Assembly: GCA_951406725.2 (NCBI GenBank)
Contig: OX597836.1
Location: 31,868,001-31,932,000 of the forward strand
Direction of reading: 5' to 3'
Length of the DNA stretch: 64,000 nucleotides
Origin: Octopus vulgaris
Taxonomy: Eukaryota
A program made the translations under genes and the position numbers. A model generated the notes under the pieces. It searched no databases, had not been told where the DNA came from, and saw only the letters and a program-made list of their open reading frames with translations. Position 1 is the stretch's first letter; each line of letters starts with the position of its first letter. Of the stretch, positions 1 through 10,479 are shown piece after piece.

Positions 1-364
1 CTAATCTCTGTATTGGGTGTCTTTCTTAAATGTTATGACGGTCAGTTGTTAGATAAGATATAATGTGGTATTTGTCCTACTTCTCTGTGCTCTGAGTTTA
101 AATTCCATCAAAGTCAATTTTGCCTTTCAGGGATGGCTGTGCAGTGCAGAAGCTTGTTTTGCAACCATGTGGTTTCGGGTTCAGTCCCACACCGCCGTAC
201 TTTGGAATCTTAGAACCAAAAATTTAGAAGTGGGGTTTTGATTCAGCCTTTTGAGGTCAATAAAATAAGTATCAGTTGAGCACTAGGGGCAATGTAACTG
301 ACTTACCCTCTCTCTCTCACAACTCCTAGCCTTGTGCCTCATAGAAGAGGCTTATAATTATCAT

Positions 365-615
365 TTCAAATCTTTTCCACAAGGGCATCTTGGGGGAGGT
401 GGGGATGAGTCGATTACATCGACCCCAGTGTTCAACTGGTACTTATTTTATTGACCCTGAAAGGATGAAAGGCAAAGTTGACTTGGTGGAATTTGAACTC
501 AGAACATAGCGATGGGTGAAATACCTATTTCTTTACTACCCACAAGGGGCTAAATACAGAAGGGACAAATGGATTAAATTGATTATATCAACCCCAGCGT
601 GTAACTAGTTCTTAT
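365..615 (-). mobile_element. SINE family B fragments (tRNA-derived; central GCCTTTCATCCTTTCGGGGTCGAT domain, Meta/MESC-like)
   Basis: Reverse complement of the family B body and tail seen many times in this window. Confidence 0.75.
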
Positions 616-619
616 TTCC

Positions 620-1000
620 TTTTCTTTTGTGCAGGTACTCCTGAACAAATTCCAAAATGCTTCATCCTTTGTAGGCTCTCTTCCCTTTGTAAAGCATCTG
701 TTAAGAGCCAAATTGTTGAGTGACTACAAGATAGACTGCCTTGGAAAGCAGTGTGCCACCTTTCTATGGCATTATTTGTTCACAGGAAATCCATCTGAAG
801 TTTCCTAAAAACATTCCACAATGATATTGGAAATTTCAGTTTTCTTCTAGGGTTGTTTACCAATGAGTGGCCAATATAATTATCTTTGAAATATTTGAAA
901 ATAATATCAAGATCTTCATCATAATTTTCCATCTCATGTATGGCTTGAAGCCCTGCTTTGACATCATCTGCTGGGAGAAATGCTGTGCAGGTCATCACAA
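620..1000 (-). pseudogene. Degraded MULE (Mutator-like) transposase fragment, C-terminal part of the catalytic region
   Basis: ORF 780-998 (AFLPADDV...YFKDNYIG...KFPISLWNV) reads on through a stop into TNNAIERWHTAFQGSLSCSHSTIWLLTDALQREE. This matches the FPxxxWN...RTNNxxEGWH...HPxIW signature of invertebrate MULE transposases. Confidence 0.75.
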
Positions 1001-1140
1001 TGCCACGTAATTGAGGGTTTGCGTAGCGTTATCCTTTGTATAGATGAAACCATAATAGGGTATTTTGTTTTTGCCATGATTTGAAACAATAATATCAATG
1101 ATAAGTTAGATATGAATGCCTCTAATAACTTCGAATAACT

Positions 1141-1770
1141 GTTTACATTATTTACATAATTTACATTCGACGGATATTTGTCCTCATCTTGTTTGTAAAA
1201 GAAGCAGCACTTATGCTAGGACACAACAACCTCCTAAGCAGACTGAGTGCAGATATGAGCAGCATACGGGAACCGGTATTAAGGAAGGATAGGAAAATAT
1301 TAGATTTATAAGCCCTAAAATTCACTCCGTAATTGCCCATGGGCATATGGCATAGTGGTTAAGAGTGCGAGCTACTAACCCCAAGATTCTAAGTTCGATT
1401 CCAAGCAGTGAGTTGAATAATAATAACAACATTGAAAAATACCTTAGGATTGAGAACCCAGGTTTGAAGAAGGCTGGAGGGTATATCAGCTGCAATGTTG
1501 TAAATAATGTACATAATTCCTCATCTCTTAACCCTTTCGTTACTGTATTTATTTTGAGATGCTCTGTGTTTCTTTCAATTAATTTTAAATACAACAAAGA
1601 ATTTAATAAAAGGACTTAGTTATTAAGCTAGTGTTGGGAACATAAATTGTGACTAAGGTTTGGTGGAAGATTTTAATTCAAAACTTATGAAAACAAGACA
1701 TTTGTTCTATAGAGCCAGAGGAGGTTTTGGCCGGGTTGGTATCAAAAGGGTTAAATATAGAACTGTATTT
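1141..1770 (+). mobile_element. tRNA-headed element with degenerate hammerhead motif (family H), with a short inverted copy of its 3' end at the 5' side; interrupted by a piggyBac MITE
   Basis: A box TGGCATAGTGG at 1348-1358, B box GTTCGATTCC at 1393-1402, (AAT) spacer, then TGAAGA-AGGCTGGAGGGTATATCAGC-TGCAATGTTG (decayed hammerhead). Homologous to 19763-19988 and 35735-36128. Confidence 0.65.
1532..1750. mobile_element. piggyBac-type MITE, copy 1
   Basis: TTAA|CCCTTT...AAAGGG|TTAA: TTAA target-site duplication with CCC/GGG termini. An inverted second copy lies at 33154-33375. Confidence 0.85.
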
Positions 1771-2476
1771 TCGAATAACTGATTTGATAAACAAGGTCAT
1801 TTAAGTTAATGCCCATCACTTGCTGATGTCAATCACAATATATACAATGGTATATATTTTGCTTTAAGTTAACCTTTGCTGAAAGTACTGTTCGCTCATT
1901 GTGTTTCATTCAAAAATGATTTCACTAAAAAATAACTTTGTTCAGGATGAATGGCATCTTTTATTTGTTCTCCCATCATGTAAACCAGTCACGGGTAAAC
2001 TGTGACCTAATAAAAGAATTACCTTGAATATTTCAGTAGTGTGGCCTGCTTGATGGTGAGCCAAGTTTCAAGTGGTACACTTCTCTAAAACAGTGTTGCC
2101 CATCCCGGATGTGAACTATAATGAATGGTTATAATTCTGACTTAATGTGATAAAAAAACATTAGCTGAAGTGGGGTGTCAGTGCAAAATACATAAGCTGG
2201 TATTTTAACAACACATCAACTTTGTCATTTAACCTTTTAGGTGAAGTGTAAGAGGTCAAACAAATAAATCTTTGTAGGATAATGATAAAAAGTAAATAAA
2301 GCTGTAAAGTATTTTCAGAAGTACTTACATATACAAATATATATATCCAGGAATACATACAAAAGCATTTGTACAAATATATACTGAATTATTTATACAT
2401 TAGTATATATAATGTTACAAATACAGGCATTCATCATAAATTAGGAATAAGTTAATGTGTTGTGTATTTTGTATGT

Positions 2477-2995
2477 CATCATCATCATCATCATCATCGT
2501 TTAACATCTGTTTTCCATGCTAGCATGGGTTGGCCGGTTTGACCGGGTTCTGGGAAGCCAGGAGGCTGCGCCAGGCTCCAGTCTGATCTAGCAGTGTTTC
2601 TACAGCTGGATGCCCTTCCTAACGCCAACCACTCCATGAGTGTAGTGGGTGCTTTTTATGTGCCACCAGCACAGGGGCCAGGGGAGGCTGGCAAGCGGCC
2701 ACGATCGGTTGGTGCTTTTTATGTGTCACCGACACGGACGCCAGTCAGGCAGAGCTAGCATCAGCTATGTTTGGATGGTGCTTTTTACGTGCCACCGGCA
2801 TGGGTATCATAACTACAATTTCCATTTGATTTTTATTTTGATGTTGGTGTTGACGTACATCACTCAATAGGTCTCCTCAAGCACAAGAGGTCACTCTATG
2901 ATCCAAGGTTAGCACAGCAGGCCATCCTGCGAGCCATGAACTCACTTCATTTGTTGGGTCTTCGCAGTCACAGCATATCTCAGAGGTCTCAGTCT
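2477..2995 (-). mobile_element. SINE/LINE-tail family D with (GAT)n tail and internal ~63-66 bp repeats
   Basis: (CAT)n-CGTTTAAC...TTCCATGCTAGCATGGGTTGG...GGATGCCCTTCCTAACGCCAACCACTCC, shared with copies at 37630, 44800, 48880 and 52740. Confidence 0.75.
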
Positions 2996-3219
2996 TTCAT
3001 CATTTCTACATTGTATTTGGTAAATAAATTTCAGGTCAAAGTAGAAAAGTGTCTGCTTTTACTGTTGATTTGCTCCAGCTTTACTGAGCAGGACTTGCAG
3101 CCACACAGGGATTTGTGGCCATGTGGGACTTGTGGCCTTGCTGGACTCGTTATCAATGACTATGATGATGAACAATATCAATTATCACCATCATCTTCAT
3201 TGTGGTTAGAATATGGAAT

Positions 3220-3600
3220 TAGATATTTATTACACACATGTGAGTGAGAACACTTTGAGATATTTTTGGTATCTAACATATGTCAGATACTGCAAGCACT
3301 GCTTCTGATTGGTCAATCCATGGTGATGACCCGAGGTCATGGTGACAGCGCTGCTTCTGATTGGTCAATTCATGGTGATGACCCGAGGTCACGGTGACGG
3401 CACTACTTTTGTCATTCGTAAGTTACAACTAAACGTGAAGAATTTAGTTATCGGGTTAATAAAATATGGTCGTTTATTCGTGTGTAATAAATAAAATACC
3501 AAACTCATTCCCTATGGATACCGTATTTATTACAACTCGTGGCTTGTAAACGTATCTAACGAGCGAAAGCGAGTTAGATACCTTTACAAGCCACTCGTTT
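3220..3600. mobile_element. Palindrome-rich non-autonomous element (possibly Crypton-like)
   Basis: 52-bp tandem duplication containing CTGATTGG (3301-3404); TATTTATTACA inverted repeats; 22-bp-arm hairpin at 3539-3594 around GAGCGAAAGCGA. The family assignment is inference only. Confidence 0.45.
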
Positions 3601-3602
3601 TA

Positions 3603-4172
3603 TATTGGGTTGTCCGGAAAGTTTATGCCGATTTATAGTAGCTTACCTTTCGACTTATTTTAGAACATGGTTGAGTCCATAAAATAGGATTTTACTACAC
3701 CTCCATTTAGAGCACAGTTTAAGCTATCTTTTCATGGAAGAAGGTTTATGTTCCTATAACCTGTGTTAATTCTGCAACCCTTTAAAATGGAAGATAAGAA
3801 AGTTCATTTTCGGCACTTGATGCTTTGGGAACCAGACAAAAATTGCTGCAGCTCAGCTGGGATGTGTTACCCCACCCTCCATATTCACTAGATATTGCTC
3901 CTTCGGATTTCCACTTATTCAGGTCTCTGCAGAATAGTGTTAGTGGTAAAAATTTCAATTCCTTGGATGACATAAAAAGATACCTTGATGAATTCTTTGC
4001 CATGAAACCACCTCAATTCTGGGAAGATGGTGTTTTCAAGTTAAAGGAAAGATGGAGATGCATTGTGTAGCAAAATGGTTCATATTTGGTTGATTAAAAA
4101 TGTAATAGCAAGTATTTATTGACCTTTTTCTTTCCTTTAAAAATCGGCACAAACTTTCCAGACAACCCAATA
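3603..4172 (+). mobile_element. Internally deleted, non-autonomous mariner element
   Basis: ~32-bp TIRs (TATTGGGTTGTCCGGAAAGTTTATGCCGATTT) with TA flanks. The transposase start MEDKKVHFRHLMLWE is fused to the C-terminus carrying HPPYSLDIAPSDFHLFRSL, the mariner YSPDLAPxD motif. Confidence 0.92.
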
Positions 4173-4404
4173 TATATCTTAAAGATTCCATAATGGAATC
4201 ATCTAGAAACAATGAGGAAAAATAATGTAATTTTGCAGCAGAATCTTTGAAATTAACGGAAAATTAATATTAGTAAAATAATGTTTTGGTACTTATTTTA
4301 CACCAAACTGTGAAGTTACAGGGGACACAAACAAACCAACACCAGTTGTTATGTGGTGGTGGGGTGCAAACACTCACACACATGCTGGGCTTCTTTCAGT
4401 TTCT

Positions 4405-4820
4405 TATTTCTTTATTGCCCACAAGGGGCTAAACATAGAGGGGACAAACAAAGACAGACAAAAGGATTAAGTCAATTACATTGACCCCAGTGTGTAACTG
4501 GTACTTAATTTATCGACCCCAAAAGGATGTAAGGCAAAGTCGGCCTCAGCGGAATTTGAACTCAGAATGTAATGACAGACGAAATACCTATTTCTTTACT
4601 ACCCACAAGGGGCTAAACACAGAGAGGACAAACAAGACAGACAAAGGAATTAAGTCAATTATATCGACCCCAGTGCATAACTGATACTTATTTAATCGAC
4701 CCCGAAAGGATTAAAGGCAAAGTCGACCTCGGCGGAATTTGAACTCTGAATGTAACGGCAGATGAAATACGGCTACGCATTTCGCCCGGCGTGCTAACGT
4801 TTCTGCCAGCTCGCCGCCTT
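4405..4820 (-). mobile_element. SINE family B multimer nested in a family A SINE
   Basis: One head plus two bodies, flanked by duplicated TTCTTTCAGTTTCT from the host family A copy (about 4280-4980). Confidence 0.8.
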
Positions 4821-5362
4821 TTTCATTGTTTCTTTCAGTTTCTGCCCACCAAATCCAGTGACAAGGCTTTGGGTTGGCCTTAGGATATAGTAGAAGACAC
4901 TTGCCCTAGGGTACCATGCAGTAGGACTGAACCAAGAACCATGTTGCTGGGAAGGGAACTTCTAACCATGAAACCACACCATTTGATAGGATACTTACTT
5001 GCAAAAGCTCAAGTTTTAAAGTAGAAATTAACCTAAATTAAGAATAATAATAAAAAAAAAAAAGAAAGCAAAAAGAAAACGGAATACAGTTTTGCAAAGT
5101 AGCACACTCTGCTACCTGAAACCTAACCTAACAACCTTGACCTTGGCTGGCATTTCAATGACGGTCCTTCATAGAATCATGAAACCAAAAGTAAATATAA
5201 ACAGAAAGCAGAACAACAAACATTAACATCATTAAATCTTATCCCCTGACTTAACAAAGAAAGCACTGTTTGAGCCATTGTGGTGGTGACTATGAAATAA
5301 CTTGAGAATTACTGGCAGGCTTTCTTGTTTCATCACTTAAACAGTAACAATTTGGAGAGGCC

Positions 5363-5764
5363 ACTATTTACTATTTACTATTTACTATTTTACTTGTTTC
5401 AGTCATTTGACTGTGGCCATGCTGGAGCACCGCCTTTTAGTCAAGCAAATCGACCCAGGGACTTATTCTTTGTAAGCCCAGTACTTATTCTATCGGTCTC
5501 TTTTGCCGAACCGCTAAGTGACGGGGACGTAAACACACAAGCATCGGTTGTCAAGCAATGCTAGGGGGACAAACGCACACACATATATATACATATATAC
5601 GACAGGCTTCTTTCAGTTTCCGTCTACCAAATCCACTCACAAGGCATTGGTCGGCCCGGGGCTATAGCAGAAGACACTTGCCCAAGATGCCACGCAGTGG
5701 GACTGAACCCGCAACCATGTGGTTGGTTAGCAAGCTACTTACCACACAGCCACTCCTGCGCCTA
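5363..5764 (-). mobile_element. SINE family A, full length (tRNA-derived, CORE-like TTGGGCAAGT motif)
   Basis: Head GGCGCAGGAGTGGCTGTGTGGTAAG with B-box-like GGTTCAGTCCC, central TA/TG tract, tail ...GACTGAAACAAGTAAAA. More than 15 related copies occur in the window. Confidence 0.9.
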
Positions 5765-6461
5765 TGTCAGATCAAATAATAATAGAATAATGCCAGTATA
5801 TACACAATTGCCTTCCTTAAAAACATATCTACACTGTATTTAGTCTTGACCGAAATTAGGCCCACAGGGAGCCATTATAGAGATGGACATAACTCCAGAT
5901 ATCTTTATTTATTTCATAACCGTATTTGGTATGAGAACTCTAGTCAATATTCCACAGAAAGAGATTATTTGTAAGCAATTTACAAATGAAACTAAGTTCT
6001 TTTGTGAACAAGTCAAGGACTGATGTATGAAACAAACATTTTAGAATTATTATATGGTTTAGGAATTCCAGGGTTTTGAAGATTGTGGAACTACCTTTTA
6101 ATCACTATTGTTCCTAGATCTACTCTGACCTGGAGTTGTGGCACCCGTTATGGTCCAAGTAATGAGCTAAATAGTATGTAACCACTCATGTGAAGGTACA
6201 TTGAAACCATAGGATGCAGCATGGTGGATGTGAACTATATGAGTTGATGAACTTCATTGGATGCTGAGTGGATGAAGAGACAACAAACTGACAATGGTTA
6301 CGATCAACCAGTTCAGTTAGCAATCTACTGCTACTGTCTGTAGTTGTGTTATGTGCAGATGAGATATTTCAGCTAATGAAAGACCAGTGTGACTGAAACC
6401 CAAGCCAGACATTCATGCCACATTGTTTGATTGGGACATCTGGCATGGGAGGAGTTGCATT

Positions 6462-6645
6462 GGCGGTGAGCTGGCAGAAACGTTAGTCCACCGGGTGAAA
6501 TGCTTAGCGGTATTTCGTCTGCCGTTACGCTCTGAGTTCAAATTCCACCAAGGTCAACTTTGCCTTTCGTCCTTTCGGGGGTTGATTAAATAAGTACCAG
6601 TTACGCACTGGGGTCGATGTAGCCCCTTGTGGGTAATAAAGAAAC
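6462..6645 (+). mobile_element. SINE family B (internally deleted)
   Basis: GGCGGTGAGCTGGCAGAAACGTTAG head, GTTCAAATTCC B box, central domain and AAAGAAA tail. Confidence 0.8.
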
Positions 6646-8030
6646 AAGTAAGTCACCTGACCTAGATGGATGGATGTCGCCTGCCTCTGGGAAACAGCTG
6701 GTAAGAACGTGATAAGTGTTCAGCAAATAAACAGTTATAATTCTTTCTTCTGCTTATCTTCTATTATAATCTATTATAATCCCATTTGTACTCAGTATTC
6801 AGTAATCTATGTTCGTAGATATAAAATGGCACTACAATGTGAAACAAGTTGAAACAATAATCAATTGTGTCTGACAAAACTGATACATAAATTTCTATTT
6901 TGCTTTTCATTTGCGATATTTCATACCTTATTTAACTCTAGGTGTGTTTCGAATATAATAGAAATTCTCTTTTACAGAGACAAAAAGAAATTTATCTGAA
7001 TAACTTGTTAACTGAGAAACTGGTTTATTTTTTTGTTTTTCCTGTAATCTACTTTAGAGAATTATTAATAGTTCAGCGTTTATCTGAAACTTATTCTGCA
7101 TATATTTAACAGTTAAATAAAAGATCTGAAATGCCTCAGATAGATATGAATTCTTGCATTCTTCATTGCTAATGTTTGTCTATTTACAAATAGTTTACTT
7201 CACATAAATGTTCATTTTTTTATGTACAAAAAAATCAAAGATTCTATGTTACAACAGGGGCTAAACACAGAGGGGACAAACAAGGACAGACAAACGGATT
7301 AAGTCGATTACATCGACCCCAGTACATAACTGGTACTTATTTAATCAACCTCGAAAGGATTAAAGGCAAAGTCAACCTCAGTGGATTTTGAACTCAGAAC
7401 ATAAAGGCAGACAAGTTTGACTGAGTTGAAAAGCCAGCTATGAATGATTTTCTACAGTTTAAATTTCTTCGTAATGTGTTAATCTGGTTCAATATATAAC
7501 TTTATTTAGCTAAAGAATAAAATGTTGCTTTTAATCGAAAGCTCATTTTTTTGGTATTATTTCCATTCTATATGCAACTTATGAGAAGCAAGAATTTGTA
7601 TTAAAAGGATCAGAGACACGACCTTCCAGCTGCTAGAAACATTGTTTTATTCTGAGGAATTTCAACCATGTTTCGTGGTCTGCTACCACAACAGCTCCTT
7701 TATAGGATCCAGTTAGCTCAAGACATCAACAGGAGGAATCACATCCGGTTTCGGCCCCTACTTCTTTACCGTTTTGATGTGGTGGGGGTCCCCCTTTCGG
7801 AGGTGTCTTCAGCTCTGGTGTTGGGTGCATGTCTTCTTTCTTCTGTTCCCTGGTCTCATCGATGTAGCGTCAACATCAATTTATGACAAAAACTTAATTT
7901 ACATTTTCATAATTAGCATATAAAATCAAATCGTTCACCAATTGGAAAGACAACAATGACAAAAAAAAAATTAAAAATCAGAGAAAAGATAACGCAGAAT
8001 ATATTGGAAAACATCAGCCAACAAATAAAA

Positions 8031-8444
8031 GGGATCGGTTTGAACGGCAGTTTTTAACATAATTTCTAGGTAACTAAAAAATTTTAAATTTCGTATACTG
8101 GTAAAATGTGTTTATAAAACATCTTTTTTTCTTGCCTTTATTGAGAAAATTCTATAGTTTGTAAGATATTTGTTGTTTTTTTCTTCAATTTCTGCAATTT
8201 CAACCAATCACTGACGTCCATTGAGGTAAACAACATTCTGTGCCGTATGAATATGTCCCTCGTTTAAGAAACAGATTGGGTTTATTTACATTTGTGAAGA
8301 AAAAAAAGATACCCTTCCCCCTACCCCTAACCCTAACCCTAAAATAGATTGAAATGCAATAGATCGATACTAGGGTCATAATAATGGGTGACAATTTCAT
8401 ATGACACCGCTAGAAAAAACTGCCGTTCAAACCGAAAAGATCCC
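8031..8444. mobile_element. MITE with GGATC(TTTTC)GGTTTGAACGGCAGTTTTT TIRs, copy 1
   Basis: Terminal inverted repeats are visible and there is an internal (CCCTAA)3. A near-identical copy lies 300 bp downstream. Confidence 0.85.
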
Positions 8445-8743
8445 AAAAATTTTATAATTTCACCCTCCATCCATCTCAATTTAAAATTTTGAACATTTTT
8501 CAAAATATTTTTTTCCTGTTTAAGATGATGGAGATTCCGAATATGCAAGAAAACACGTTTTCAAAATTTTAAATTCAATAAGCATGCAGATATGTGTATA
8601 AAGAGATAGAGAGATATGAATGTATTCCTAGGGCTAAAAACAACAATAATACCGCCTTCTATAGGACTGCCACATTTAGTTGACAAATATATTTTATGAA
8701 TAAATGGATAAGGATAAATTGATAGACAGACAAATAAATAAAT

Positions 8744-9147
8744 GGGATCTTTTTGGTTTGAATGGCAGTTTTTAACATAACTTCTAGGTAAATAAAAAAA
8801 TTTAAACTTCGTATACCGGTAGAATGTGTTTATAAAACATATCTTTCTCTTGGCTTTATAGTTTGTAAGATATTTGTTGTTTTTTTCTTCAATTTCTGCA
8901 ATTTCAACCAATCAATGACGTCTATTGAGGTAAAAAAAACATTCTGTGCCGTATGAATGTGTCCCTCGTTTAAGAAACAGATTGGGTTTATTTACATTTG
9001 TGAAGAAAAAAGATACCCTTCCCCCCACCCCTAACTCTAACCCTAAAACAGATTGAAATGCAATAGATCGATACTAGGGTCATAATTATGGGTGACACTT
9101 TCATATGACACCGCGAGAAAAAACTGCCGTTCAAACCGAAAAGATCC
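8744..9147. mobile_element. Same MITE, copy 2
   Basis: Same TIRs and body in direct orientation, with a small internal deletion. Confidence 0.85.
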
Positions 9148-9402
9148 AATAAATGGAGGAAAAAGTTTGAAATTTAAAATTGGAGAGGTTGAAATTTGAG
9201 GCCCTAATTAAACTTTATAACAATCATTAAACATTAAAGATTTGTTTCTCATAAAATGGAGTATATTTAATTTACATTAAATTGTTAATTACGGTTATTT
9301 AAGGCAAACACAAGCAAAATGCCAATTGTTTTCACTTTAATGATTTTGTCTGTATTTAATTTCGATTTGCATATGTTCGTCAATTCGCTACAATCTCTTT
9401 TG

Positions 9403-9708
9403 AGGCACATAGCCTAGTAGTTAGAGCAGCAAACTCACGGTCGAGGGATCGCGGGTTCGAATCTCAGACCAGGAATGTGTGTGTTAATGAGCAAAACACT
9501 TAAGAAGCTCCATGCAGCTCCAGCAGAAGGTAATGGCGAACTTCTGTTTACTCTTTCACCACAACTTTCTCTCACCCTTTCCTCCTGCATCTTGCAGCTC
9601 ACCTGCGACGGACCGGCGTCTCGTCCAGGTGGGGAACCTATACGCCAAGGAAAACAGGAAACCGACCTTTATGAGCCAGGAATGGCTTGAGAAGGAACAA
9701 ACAACAAA
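9403..9708 (+). mobile_element. SINE family C (tRNA-derived, V-domain-like TGAGCAARACACTT)
   Basis: A box TAGCCTAGTAG, B box GGTTCGAATCTC, tail GAGAAGGAACAAACAAC. Relatives at 23034, 23693, 32520(-) and 49430(-). Confidence 0.75.
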
Positions 9709-9765
9709 TTAGGGGGAGGGGTGAAATTAAAGAAAAAATTTTTTTTGCATATTCGTGACCCTCAA

Positions 9766-10440
9766 AATGATAAAGGGGAAATTTTTCTTTGAAAAAATTT
9801 TTAATCCGTGATTTTGGAACGTGGCCCCACCCTACCTCACCAGGACCATCACCATTAATTCCGTCACACCATGTTATAATATTCCATACGTTTGAAACAC
9901 ATGTAATCTGCATTTTTAAAGAGGCAAAATTAGTCAAAAAATTTCATGATCACCAGCCTCGGTTAAAAAATTCTTTTTCACTTCAGAATTAAACCTTTTC
10001 ATTTCAACATCAAAAACGTAGGAATCCAGAAAAAAAATTTCCAAAAAAATACATTTTTCTCGGAGAAGTGCGATTCTGCATTAGCCCCTAAAGTTTTGTT
10101 AGAAACATGTGAAAACTTCCACGTGATTTCCAGTAGTTGCATGCAGCATGCTGAATTTTTCAAATTGTAATGATAATTTATGGACACCATGTATGTATAT
10201 AAAAGAATAAACAACTATATATATATATACGATCGGCGTCTTTCAGTTTCCATCTACCATATTCACTCACAAGGCTTTGGTTGATCCAAAGCTATAGTGG
10301 AAGACATCTGCCCAAGGTGCCACTACGTGGGACTGAACCCGGAACTATGTGATTGGGAAGCAAGATTCTTACCACACAGCCAGTGTGTGCATATATATAT
10401 ATATGCATATACAATGTGTGCATATATATATATATATAGG

Positions 10441-10479
<39 letters not shown>

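Noticed and set aside
1341-1412. tRNA gene
   Set aside because: It has A and B boxes, but the acceptor and anticodon stems do not pair properly and it is part of a dispersed repeat. The same applies to the heads of SINE families A-C.
2023-2084. Possible 62-bp minus-strand coding exon (RSVPLETWLTIKQATLLKYS)
   Set aside because: Weak acceptor, no recognisable domain and no partner exons.
8325-8342. Interstitial telomere
   Set aside because: Only 2-3 CCCTAA units, and they are internal to a MITE present twice.
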